A DNA stretch of 64,000 bases. Origin: a virus. The DNA is taken from IMG/VR virus record IMGVR_UViG_3300042876_000418, positions 25,962 to 89,961 of that record; one strand, given 5' to 3'. Of this stretch, positions 19,681 through 28,528 are shown in pieces; within the stretch, counting starts at the first letter, position 1; every line of letters starts with the position of its first letter. The position numbers and the translations under genes were made by a program. Below the pieces are notes generated by a model that worked only from the letters and a program-made list of their open reading frames with translations, was not told where the DNA came from and made no database searches.

Positions 19681-19695
19681 TGTCAATTTATGACA
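19681..19695 (+). promoter_or_regulatory. putative operator (copy 2)
   Basis: TGTCAATTTATGACA followed by CTGTAAAACG, as at 4696. Confidence 0.5.
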
Positions 19696-19705
19696 CTGTA
19701 AAACG

Positions 19706-21025
19706 TTAGGGCATATACGCCGTGAGTACCCGATTCGGCTTGACAAACTTCCATGCTTCCACCTGCCCGCGCCGCGTTCCGAACGGGTTGCCTAAATCCT
19801 CACGGCTGATGTACCCATAAGCTTCATCATTTGCGCCGGCGGAGCGGGCCAGATCGAACTGCCAGCGTGCAAGCTCACGGTTGGAGGAATCGCACGCGCA
19901 AATACGATTGGGCATTTCCGCCGCCGCCAGACGGCTTACCGCGGTGGCATAGTTGGAACTCATGCGCCCGGATTTATCCAGGGGGAATCCCGCCAAATAA
20001 CGCACAATCACACGATCCGGCTGCCTGAATTTGTAGATCGAAGAGTACCAGGGTACCGCGTCCCAGGCCCCGGTGGTGGCGTTGTAGCACGACTCCCCAA
20101 TCCCCAATACGCCATTGACGCTATCGGTCAGAGTGGCCCGCCCAATCGCCCAGGCGTAGCCAGCCGGATCGGTTGACGCGAAAACAATATTGTAGTTGAT
20201 CATGGGGTAAGGCGGGGTTTGCCAGATGAAGATCAATGACGCATCGGCAAGGGTGGTGCCCTCGGTATAGGGATACCTCCAGCACACGTCAAGGGTAGAG
20301 GCGTAGTTAGTCGTGTCCGCCGCGTCAAGGGGATTGAGTGCCATCGATTCGTACAGGATGGGCTTGACCAGAAGCCACGCCGGGCCTGTGATTGTCAACA
20401 CGCCGCCAGATAGGGACGTCCGAATTGGGGCGATACGCCATCTTTCCTCGAAACTATCCCCGGTAAAACGATCCGCCGCGCTGAAGTACACCACGATCTG
20501 AGTGAGATCCACCAGTCCCACAGGGGCGTTGGCGGTCACCGTGAATTTATCCACCAGCCCATCCCCATTGGCGTCACTGAGCGTCACGACTGAGGCCAGG
20601 CCCACCGCCACGATCTTCTCTACCCCCACCGTTTGAACGTGCTTATGCGGGACGTTGACAGTCAACCATCTATCGTTTGCCCCCGCATACCCCAAGCGGT
20701 GTACATCTACTTTCGGATAGGCCGGCCACGCCACGGTGTCCTCGCAGTAGCGCGGGGCCGGGTAGAATCCCAAGTGTGGCTCGATCCTTTCCTCCGCCGT
20801 CTGAATCGCGCTCCGAATCCCATGCCGCCCGACTACGTCCGCCTGTTGGTAGCCGTACTGAGGCACGATTGAGTTGCAGTTCGATGTTACCGGCACAATC
20901 TGCCCGCCCAAGCCCCAGAAGTGGTACGGGTGGTAGTTGATCGAATCGCGCCACGATTCCAGCGGCAATAAATTCCAGTCAGGCAGGGGTGTTTGAATTA
21001 TCGCGCCTACGCCAGTATTGGTCAT
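19706..21025 (-). CDS. head-tail adaptor/connector-like protein
   Basis: AEERIEPHLGFYP and VIVRYLAGFP..AVSRLAAAE patterns; position upstream of the tail tube. Confidence 0.6.
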   Translation of the reverse strand: MTNTGVGAIIQTPLPDWNLLPLESWRDSINYHPYHFWGLGGQIVPVTSNCNSIVPQYGYQQADVVGRHGIRSAIQTAEERIEPHLGFYPAPRYCEDTVAWPAYPKVDVHRLGYAGANDRWLTVNVPHKHVQTVGVEKIVAVGLASVVTLSDANGDGLVDKFTVTANAPVGLVDLTQIVVYFSAADRFTGDSFEERWRIAPIRTSLSGGVLTITGPAWLLVKPILYESMALNPLDAADTTNYASTLDVCWRYPYTEGTTLADASLIFIWQTPPYPMINYNIVFASTDPAGYAWAIGRATLTDSVNGVLGIGESCYNATTGAWDAVPWYSSIYKFRQPDRVIVRYLAGFPLDKSGRMSSNYATAVSRLAAAEMPNRICACDSSNRELARWQFDLARSAGANDEAYGYISREDLGNPFGTRRGQVEAWKFVKPNRVLTAYMP

Positions 21026-21110
21026 GAAACCTCCAACAAAAAACCCGCCATGAGGCGGGCGTCAATTCCGTAAGATTCCGGCTAACCGGTCAGACAGTTA
21101 GATTATAGCA
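21026..21110 (-). promoter_or_regulatory. late promoter plus conserved leader/attenuator (copy B)
   Basis: TGCTATAAT..TAGCCGG..CGGA-A-TTGAC-GCCCGCC/GGCGGG-TTTTTT-GGAGG. Confidence 0.7.
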
Positions 21111-21128
21111 TATCTCGCAAATGACCCC

Positions 21129-21157
21129 TTGACAAGAAACGTTTTACAGTGTAGAAT
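21129..21157 (+). promoter_or_regulatory. sigma70 promoter
   Basis: TTGACA-N17-TAGAAT. Confidence 0.8.
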
Positions 21158-21191
21158 AAATTATATCAGATTGACAGTTTCGGAGGGAGCA

Positions 21192-21398
21192 ATGACGGTA
21201 ATCATTCACGTAATCGAGCGAACGGATAGCAAACCAGAGGGGCGGCTATTTGACGGTTGGATCGAAAACGGCTCCAACCTGGAAACTCAGCTTGTCGCTC
21301 AGTCTAGCCGCAACACAATCGCGTGGTGCTGCCGGGTAGAGAAGGCCGCTTTCATTCGCGGCTACGATTGCAGCCGGTCTATGGATTTACGGTTTTAG
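21192..21398 (+). CDS. hypothetical protein
   Basis: ATG after GGAGGGAG. Confidence 0.65.
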   Translation: MTVIIHVIERTDSKPEGRLFDGWIENGSNLETQLVAQSSRNTIAWCCRVEKAAFIRGYDCSRSMDLRF

Positions 21399-21407
21399 GA
21401 GGAAATA

Positions 21408-21623
21408 ATGAAAATCAGCAAAGCAGTGGGCTCGTCGCCTTTCAAGGTGGTTGTCGTGAAACTTTCTGACGGAATCTACCAGGGGAAAGCGAGTGGATAC
21501 GAGGTTGAAATCACGGAAGGGAAGTACACAGGCACCATTGTAAAAATGGCTAATGGGGTTCGTGGCATGAATATTCCTGCGACCATTACCGTTGAAAACG
21601 GGGATATCTCCATCACAATTTGA
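21408..21623 (+). CDS. hypothetical protein
   Basis: AGGAGG RBS; 71 aa. Confidence 0.7.
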   Translation: MKISKAVGSSPFKVVVVKLSDGIYQGKASGYEVEITEGKYTGTIVKMANGVRGMNIPATITVENGDISITI

Positions 21624-21646
21624 TGCGAATTTCAAAGGGAGCGATC

Positions 21647-21901
21647 ATGTAAAACATCACCATCAAAATCGTAATGCCGTTCGATAAGTTCAACACCCAA
21701 AAATCTACCGTCAACGAGCAGATTGGGATCGCCGCTGGATCCGATGTCTACGCCACCGCGCGCGGCACGGCAAAGAAAATGATCCGCGCCCTCAATTCCC
21801 TACCGTAGGCGTGGGGGAATCTGTTCATCGAAGGCGGTCCGAGTTATCATATTTATAAGAATGCTGGAGTTTGGAAAGTGGAGGAATTGAAACATGCCTG
21901 A
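21647..21901 (+). pseudogene. small gene with two in-frame stops
   Basis: AAGGGAG RBS, ATG-TAA, TAG at 21806; terminal TGA overlaps the next ATG. Confidence 0.55.
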
Positions 21902-22262
21902 ATTCATGGTTGAATTATTTGACGGCTCCGAAAACGGGATGGTTATCACCGACACGCAGCGCAAAGTCGGGTTAGCCAACTGCCTGCAAAATTCCGACTT
22001 CATCGCGCGGGCATGGAACCAAGCAAACGGAATCGGATTCATGATCGCGCCCGGATCGGTTGACGCCCGTGCCGCTGTGACTCGTGAGGTCGCACAGTTC
22101 TTTGGGTGGCACGTCACCACGCCGCCGAATTTCATCATGGTCAAAGCGATGGTAGCGGGCGGAGAGGTGATGACCGGGCAAAGAGAAGTTGAGCGGTTTC
22201 GGTTCGACAATGGCCTGTCGGTCATCCCGATTGAGAGTGTGGTGGCCTGGAGGGTATCATGA
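21894..22262 (+). CDS. hypothetical protein
   Basis: GGAGG RBS; 122 aa. Confidence 0.7.
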   Translation: MPEFMVELFDGSENGMVITDTQRKVGLANCLQNSDFIARAWNQANGIGFMIAPGSVDARAAVTREVAQFFGWHVTTPPNFIMVKAMVAGGEVMTGQREVERFRFDNGLSVIPIESVVAWRVS

Positions 22263-22469
22263 TCTGGGAACGCCGTGATGGTTGGGTTATCCGCTACATT
22301 TATGCCTACGATCCATTTGGCCTGTCATCTCGCATGGATGGACGCCGGGGTAGCGCCGGGCGTCACCGGGGCACTCCTGGAGTCCGCGACTCCGGTCGGG
22401 GCGGTGGGCGGTATACGAAACGATACGCCGATAAACGTAATCGTCAACCGCGAAAGCGGAATTAGATAA
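22259..22469 (+). CDS. hypothetical protein, possibly frameshifted
   Basis: GGAGGG RBS; protein-like composition switches frame near 22325. Confidence 0.4.
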
Positions 22470-22479
22470 GGGAGTAACG

Positions 22480-22800
22480 ATGAAAACACTGCAAGAATGT
22501 ATTCGTGAGGACCAAGAAAGCCCCGCGTCCCAATTGATTAGCCGGATGGAACGCGAAACAGGCCAGCGGGTTGACGATCCTGGAAGTAACGCACTCGCCG
22601 GCCTGTTCGGTGCAATGGCGCGAATGATGGGTAAAACGAATTACCCCCCCCAGGATGATGTGGTGGCGGGCCTGTTGATCCTGCATCAGATGACACCGGA
22701 ATACCAGAACGATCAACGCAGTAAAGAAATGATCACAGGTATGCTTACCGCTGGAATGTCGCCCGATGATATCCGTGCCATGTTTGGGAAAGGTAGTTGA
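22480..22800 (+). CDS. hypothetical protein
   Basis: TAAGGGAG RBS; 106 aa. Confidence 0.7.
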   Translation: MKTLQECIREDQESPASQLISRMERETGQRVDDPGSNALAGLFGAMARMMGKTNYPPQDDVVAGLLILHQMTPEYQNDQRSKEMITGMLTAGMSPDDIRAMFGKGS

Positions 22801-22831
22801 CATCCTGCCCGCGTGGTGCTAATATAAAAAC

Positions 22832-22902
22832 ACCTCCTAACGGTTTTTGAGCCTGAGTTCCATTCTCCACGGAAAGACCCCGACACGACGCGGGGTCTTT
22901 CT
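22832..22902 (+). ncRNA. putative sRNA 1
   Basis: Promoter TTGACA(22797)-N17-TAATAT; terminator 22872-22901; no ORF. Confidence 0.6.
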
Positions 22903-22942
22903 CGTTATTGACAATCTGATTGTGTCGTGCTAAACTGAATGC

Positions 22943-23012
22943 ACTCCCTTAGTGCTGCTCCACCCCATTCTTGCCCCACGAAAGAGCGCCGCCCACCCCG
23001 GCGCTCTTTCAA
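22943..23012 (+). ncRNA. putative sRNA 2
   Basis: Promoter TTGACA(22908)-N17-TAAACT; terminator 22980-23010. Confidence 0.6.
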
Positions 23013-23014
23013 TT

Positions 23015-23332
23015 TCACGTCCGATACAGCGTCAAGTGAAGCATGATCGTAACGCACGACAACGCCGCCCCGATCACGCCCCACTCTACGATTCCCGCCA
23101 GGGTAAACGAAAACGGGAACATCAGTGCCGCCGCGATCAAGCCCAGCCAGAACGACTGGCAGATTGGGCAACGTGAAAATTCGGCCTGCCACGATTTATA
23201 ACCGTAACGCGCGATTAGCCATTCCCGCGCTCGGTCAAAGATAGCGAACGGCCCGGTCATCACTGCGAATGCATGGGCGAAGGTGTAGACTGCCAGTGCC
23301 GTGATGATAAACCTCACTGTGAAGTTGTCCAT
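23015..23332 (-). CDS. DUF1360-like membrane protein
   Basis: GPFAIFDRAR...CPICQSFW between TM segments. Confidence 0.65.
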   Translation of the reverse strand: MDNFTVRFIITALAVYTFAHAFAVMTGPFAIFDRAREWLIARYGYKSWQAEFSRCPICQSFWLGLIAAALMFPFSFTLAGIVEWGVIGAALSCVTIMLHLTLYRT

Positions 23333-26253
23333 TATTTCGCCTTACGGGTGCCGCGTTTGGGGGCTGAGGTAGGCTCTGCCGGGGTGACAGTCGCGGGTTT
23401 GACTGGTTCGGGTGGCTTGACAGGCTCCGGCTCCGGGATCTTATCCACCACCTTCGCTAACGGACGCTCGAACACCTTTTCTTGATCTTTCCACATTTCA
23501 TCAAACTCCGCACGCGCCTTCATAATAGCGTCCTGCGCTTGCTGAGGGGTGATGGGCGCGGGTTCTGGGGCTGGGGTGGGCATAGTTACCGGCGCAGCCT
23601 GTTGCACTGCCTGAGCGGGCGGGGGAGGCGTGGGGCGCGATACGACCCGGAATAACTCGGTACGCATCAACTCGTTTACGTCCTCGGGCAGGCAGTCCAC
23701 AAAGCGCTCAAACTGATTGTTGCCCGCGCGGTACTGATGACCATTGGCGACAAACGTTCTGGCCCCAACCGTGGTGCCGGTGAACTCAAGGCGCACTTTA
23801 GACGCCGGCGGGGTGGATGGTACATACTGGATATCTTCCTGGTTGCCCCCGGCCCGTTTCGCTTTCAGAATTTCATTGGCGGCTTCACTGCCACCACAAG
23901 ATGCACATGGACTCATTGTCTTTTCTCCTGTGAAGTAACTCCCGTAACGTTCGCTCAGAACAGCCAGGATCCGCGATCCTTGATCGTTCGTAGTTCCGTC
24001 CGGGTTGATAGCTTTCATTCTGCGGAAGCCAGAGCCTAACCGGTAAATCAATAGTGGCTCTGCAATCCGCTTTCCACAAACGCCGCGCGTCGCCAGATTG
24101 AGGAATAACTCCCAATCCTCCCACGACTCCAACTCTTCATCGAAAGGATATTGCTTCATCGTTTCTGTTGGAATCAGCACCGAAACCGGGTGGTACATTT
24201 TCCACTCGTTGCGGTTCGGCTCTCCCGCCTCTCCCGTTGTCCACTTCCCTTTATCCAGCGCCAGCCAATCCGAGTACACATACCCGCCGTCAAAAGCCGC
24301 AGTCATCTTCTCCAGGCAGGTTGCGTCAAGTAGATCGTCAACGTCAAGAAAGAACACCAACGGCGCACGGGCCGCGCGTATCCCAATGTTTCGCGCTACG
24401 CCGGCCCCGCCACGTCTGCTCTTGTTGTCGATCACCCTTGCGAATGGGTAGCAAGATGGAATCTCTAGTTTATGCCCGGTGTCGTTGACAATCACGACTT
24501 CCCATGGGTAAAACGTCTGCCCGAGCAGGGTATCCACCGCGCTGGACACGTAACCCTCATGCCCAGGCCCTACCGGAACAATCACACTTACCGCCGGCTG
24601 GACATTGGCCCGCACCAACGGACGCGCCACGGGTGCCCCCATCGGATAATTCTTGCTTACCATCCAAGGATTTCCAACCTCAATCGAACGGTAAACCTTC
24701 GTTCTTGACGCCGATCCCTCATGACCGCGGTAAAGGAACAGTGGATCTGACGTCACCTTTTTGGCCCGGAATCCAACCGATAACCCGCGCGTCCAAAATT
24801 CCGCATCCTCACCTGGCGCGTACTCCTGTTTGTACCCACCTGCCCGTCGCCACATTTCGCGCCGAAACATACAGGCTGAGGGGATGCAGTTGGAGGGAGG
24901 ATTGCTTACCGCCGATTGAATCTTCCAATCGAAGTTAGGCGGCCAATGTGATACCGATTGTATGTCCCCGTCCGGGTTGGTGATAGCCAGGCCAGAATAA
25001 GCGATTCCCAATCCGCGATCACCCGCTAACGCCGGCTGTAGCACCTGAATGAAGCGCTTATCCAGACGATCATCCGCGTCAAGACTGACGATGAATTCAG
25101 CCTTTGCCGCCGCGATCCCATTATTCCGCGCCCCGGCTACCCCGGTATTAGTCTGATAGATTCCGGTGAATGCGATTCCCGCGCTTCTAACTTTATCTTC
25201 CATCCCTTGAATCGCCACCACACTATCATCCGTTGACCCGTCATCTACCACGATCAACTCAGCGGGCTTCACTGCCTGGCTGATGACACTATCTATCGCC
25301 GCGCCCACCCAACCCGCGTAATTGTGGCATGTGATTACCACCGCCACGTCGTGCCGCTGTGGGTAGCGGGCGATCACATCGAACAGGCGGGCATACCGTT
25401 CCATCACGCGCGGCCACGTGTAGCGCTCCGCTGTAGCCCGCGCCCCGGCAGATAGGGCCGCACGATTCGCGCGGATGTACTCCACCCCTTCCACCAGACC
25501 CGCCACGTCGCCCGGCTTGACCAGGTACCCGGACTCGCCGTGCTTGACAATATCCGAAGTGCCGCCCCAATCCCACCCGAGTACCGGAATCCCACACGCC
25601 ATTGCTTCAAGAGTCCCGATTCCGAAGGTCTCCATCGTGGTAGCAAGGTAGATGTCTGCCCCCGCAATAATCCCTTTCATCTGCTCAAACGGGATATTGC
25701 CGGTCAGGCGCATGGAGTCGGGTACGGGCAGTTTGTCAGGGGAGAAGGTAGACGTAACCTTGATTCCTCTATTCGCTAACTCCCATGCTGGTTGAGATTG
25801 ACACACATCCCCCTCACGATTCTTGTTGTAGAGGATGTAACCCCCATTTTCGCCCGGTCTGAATTCGTCAAGCTCAATCCCGTGGGGAATCACCACCGGG
25901 TTGAAGCGCATATCACGCCGGAAAGGCTCACCTACCCACGAGGAAGGCACGGTCACGGCGATAGACTGGCGCACGGATTCGACAATGCTGCCGTTAGCAT
26001 CGTGGTGCCAGGCTGAAAATTGATTGTGGGGGGTATCTTGCCAGTATAGCCCGTGTACCATCGTCAAGTCGATTCGGGGCCAATACGAAGGTTTGCCGAT
26101 ATGGGCCGCGTACACGTCCACATTGTCGCCCGGTTCTGATATCAGATCAATTCCTAATCCAGGTAGATATTTCCATTGCGCCAATACCACCTGGCCTATG
26201 CCGGTATTCCGGGTAACTTGATCAGGGGACAGGCTAAGGCAAACTTTCATCAT
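23332..26253 (-). CDS. multidomain glycosyltransferase (GT4 + two GT2) with C-terminal extension
   Basis: ETFGIGTLEAMACGIPV (GT4); VVDDGSTD..ARN..LDADD and VNDTG..ARN..LDVDD (GT2); Pro-rich tail. Confidence 0.9.
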   Translation of the reverse strand: MMKVCLSLSPDQVTRNTGIGQVVLAQWKYLPGLGIDLISEPGDNVDVYAAHIGKPSYWPRIDLTMVHGLYWQDTPHNQFSAWHHDANGSIVESVRQSIAVTVPSSWVGEPFRRDMRFNPVVIPHGIELDEFRPGENGGYILYNKNREGDVCQSQPAWELANRGIKVTSTFSPDKLPVPDSMRLTGNIPFEQMKGIIAGADIYLATTMETFGIGTLEAMACGIPVLGWDWGGTSDIVKHGESGYLVKPGDVAGLVEGVEYIRANRAALSAGARATAERYTWPRVMERYARLFDVIARYPQRHDVAVVITCHNYAGWVGAAIDSVISQAVKPAELIVVDDGSTDDSVVAIQGMEDKVRSAGIAFTGIYQTNTGVAGARNNGIAAAKAEFIVSLDADDRLDKRFIQVLQPALAGDRGLGIAYSGLAITNPDGDIQSVSHWPPNFDWKIQSAVSNPPSNCIPSACMFRREMWRRAGGYKQEYAPGEDAEFWTRGLSVGFRAKKVTSDPLFLYRGHEGSASRTKVYRSIEVGNPWMVSKNYPMGAPVARPLVRANVQPAVSVIVPVGPGHEGYVSSAVDTLLGQTFYPWEVVIVNDTGHKLEIPSCYPFARVIDNKSRRGGAGVARNIGIRAARAPLVFFLDVDDLLDATCLEKMTAAFDGGYVYSDWLALDKGKWTTGEAGEPNRNEWKMYHPVSVLIPTETMKQYPFDEELESWEDWELFLNLATRGVCGKRIAEPLLIYRLGSGFRRMKAINPDGTTNDQGSRILAVLSERYGSYFTGEKTMSPCASCGGSEAANEILKAKRAGGNQEDIQYVPSTPPASKVRLEFTGTTVGARTFVANGHQYRAGNNQFERFVDCLPEDVNELMRTELFRVVSRPTPPPPAQAVQQAAPVTMPTPAPEPAPITPQQAQDAIMKARAEFDEMWKDQEKVFERPLAKVVDKIPEPEPVKPPEPVKPATVTPAEPTSAPKRGTRKAK

Positions 26254-26813
26254 TTCGCCTTTCGCGTCACCATCGTGGTGTCAACCAGATAGACAAATTC
26301 CAGTTTTCCCGATCCGATCCATTCGTCAATCACGCGCTTTACATCCGCCCAATTGATGGAGTCGTAATCATGGAAGGCCATGAAGCCCCCTGGTTTGAGG
26401 TGGGGGTACCATGCCTCAATATCCCCACGGCAGCCAGCTTCACTATGATCCGCGTCAATAAAGATGCAATCCGCTTTCGGCCCGGCATAATCACGCCCGG
26501 CTTTATGACTGTCACTGTGGATCTGCTTTGGGTAGGGCAGCCCGGCTTGATCGAAGGCATTGCGCTCGTTGCCCAGGCCACCGAACGGGTTGCCCTCGTT
26601 GGTGATATCCACGGTGGTGAGATTAAGCCCGCGCCCGGCTTCAGCAAAGCACAGGCCCGAGGTACCGAACCCCGCGCCCACGTTGATCACCACCCCGCCC
26701 TCCGGGACCATCGCGGCAAGGGTATACATGCCGAAGCATTCAATATCATGCAGCATTCCGAACGCCTTGCTCAGTTCAAAGGCTTGATAGGTCTTCATAG
26801 GCTTATACGACAT
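26250..26813 (-). CDS. class I SAM-dependent methyltransferase (Methyltransf_24-like)
   Basis: INVGAGFGTS, IFIDADHS, LKPGGFMAFHDY. Confidence 0.88.
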   Translation of the reverse strand: MSYKPMKTYQAFELSKAFGMLHDIECFGMYTLAAMVPEGGVVINVGAGFGTSGLCFAEAGRGLNLTTVDITNEGNPFGGLGNERNAFDQAGLPYPKQIHSDSHKAGRDYAGPKADCIFIDADHSEAGCRGDIEAWYPHLKPGGFMAFHDYDSINWADVKRVIDEWIGSGKLEFVYLVDTTMVTRKAK

Positions 26814-27516
26814 AATTCAAACTCTCCAGTTCTTGATAATCTTGATTGCTCAATTGCCGCGCCGGGTTCATCCAATCGCCGCCGCGCTCAAACTTACCGC
26901 CCCGCACCATGATCTGATATTGAAGCGGCCATTGACGGGTTCCGAATACCCGCAACTGCGGGAATTCATCCTTCAGCCGCGATCCCCCTGCGATCTCGCA
27001 TTGCCAGGGGTCCCAATTGGAATGGAGCAGGGCCGAAAGGTGATCTGCATTCCATATGGATGCCTGGAAGCTCACCTGATACGGACTCTCTAACCCCTCT
27101 ATGATATCCACCCGCCCAATCGCCCCCACCGGCGCGATATTGCCGGAATACAGGCGATCCGTGGTGATGTCGAATCGTAGCGCGTTGGGGTTGCTCTGCA
27201 TGAATTCAGTGCACACCCCAAGCGCCCAGATATCAGCCCGCCGGGTTAGCCAGTAGTCCTCCAGCAGAATCGCAACGTGCCCGCCTGCGTAGCCCCTGAG
27301 CAGTTCCTTTAGCGCGTTACTCCACTTCCCAATCGGATAATTCGCCATGTCACCGATTGAGACGAAATCAAATCCTTCCAGTAGATCGAACTGAGGCTGA
27401 CGGAATCCAGCGATTGTGACCGGAATCTCAGGCGCGTATTTGCGCCACTGGTGCATAAAGCCGGGAATCATATGGTCGTGCTTATCAGACGTAAGGCAGA
27501 TGTAAGGAATGGTCAT
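26803..27516 (-). CDS. putative GT-A glycosyltransferase
   Basis: WSNAL..LLEDYWL..QASIWN..PWQCE; probably leaderless. Confidence 0.6.
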   Translation of the reverse strand: MTIPYICLTSDKHDHMIPGFMHQWRKYAPEIPVTIAGFRQPQFDLLEGFDFVSIGDMANYPIGKWSNALKELLRGYAGGHVAILLEDYWLTRRADIWALGVCTEFMQSNPNALRFDITTDRLYSGNIAPVGAIGRVDIIEGLESPYQVSFQASIWNADHLSALLHSNWDPWQCEIAGGSRLKDEFPQLRVFGTRQWPLQYQIMVRGGKFERGGDWMNPARQLSNQDYQELESLNYVV

Positions 27517-27545
27517 GATTTGATTATATCACGATGGACAACCGC

Positions 27546-27574
27546 TTGACTTTTAGTGTATTACGATGTAGAAT
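27546..27574 (+). promoter_or_regulatory. sigma70 promoter
   Basis: TTGACT-N17-TAGAAT. Confidence 0.8.
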
Positions 27575-27582
27575 AAGTGTCA

Positions 27583-27690
27583 TACAGATTGAGCGCGGCA
27601 GAAACGCAATGTTGAAACCTGCGTTTTACAACCATAGCGGACAACCGCTGTGATAGCGATCCCTGGTTAAAGCATGGCGCTCAATCTGTA
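27583..27690 (+). ncRNA. structured 5' leader RNA
   Basis: Perfect 14-bp closing stem TACAGATTGAGCGC/GCGCTCAATCTGTA enclosing inner hairpins. Confidence 0.55.
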
Positions 27691-27716
27691 ACTTTCTGAA
27701 TGTTCTGGAGGGAACA

Positions 27717-27986
27717 ATGACGCGATTAGAGGCTTTACGAGCAGCAAAAGACGCCGGATTTACCCATGCGGTTTTGCACCCATACACGTATCACGCCCGG
27801 ACGATTGAATCGCATATCCAGGAGGCGCAAACCGGGCAGAATGATATCTCTTATCCAGGATCAAGCGCCGCGTCCGAAGTGTGGACTTTCGACGTAAACG
27901 AAAATGCAGTTAACGGAGACAGCGCGTGGTACTCTCTTTCTATCAAAGATGCCGCCGTGTTTGATAATTCTGGAGGGAACGAATGA
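27717..27986 (+). CDS. hypothetical protein
   Basis: CTGGAGGGAAC RBS. Confidence 0.7.
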   Translation: MTRLEALRAAKDAGFTHAVLHPYTYHARTIESHIQEAQTGQNDISYPGSSAASEVWTFDVNENAVNGDSAWYSLSIKDAAVFDNSGGNE

Positions 27987-28528
27987 GTTACGACATCGAC
28001 ACAGGAACAATAACGCACGAATGCTCCGGGTGCGGAGCGGTTTTTTCTATTGGGCCGAAAGAAAGTTTCACCGTGTTTTGCCCGGTATGCACAGAGAAGC
28101 GCGAAACGACTAGCCGCAAACTTTCTTTGCGGAGTTATTTGAATGCGCTGAAAGTTCAACGTCAAAAGATCGTAGACGGGAAAAAGCTATCCGGCTTCGA
28201 TGACACGACCGTCGGGGATAAGGACACTCAAGTGACTTGGGGTATGTGCCACGAAGATCCCGACTTATTCCCAGACCCAGAAGATCATCGCTGGCCTTAC
28301 GAATTTAAATCAAGAGGAAGATACGCGCCGAAAAGTATGCCCCATAGATGCCCATTTCGACGTGTTCCCAGATTCAACAAGGGCGAAGTCGATAAAACAT
28401 CGCCTGATGGGTGCTTTTATGAGTGCGCGTTTTTCAGGGGGCAAAAGCCTCAAAAAGAGCAGGCGTTAGCATGGTATGACGAAATTATCCTTGAAGTAGA
28501 AGCAAGAATATCAAAGGGGGAGTCGTAA
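27983..28528 (+). CDS. Cys-rich hypothetical protein
   Basis: CSGC..CPVC; WGMC..CPF..GCFYEC. Confidence 0.7.
   Translation: MSYDIDTGTITHECSGCGAVFSIGPKESFTVFCPVCTEKRETTSRKLSLRSYLNALKVQRQKIVDGKKLSGFDDTTVGDKDTQVTWGMCHEDPDLFPDPEDHRWPYEFKSRGRYAPKSMPHRCPFRRVPRFNKGEVDKTSPDGCFYECAFFRGQKPQKEQALAWYDEIILEVEARISKGES

Noticed and set aside
21647-21901. Genome-wide stop-codon reassignment
   Set aside because: Long genes are intact in the standard code and TAA, TAG and TGA all end coupled genes
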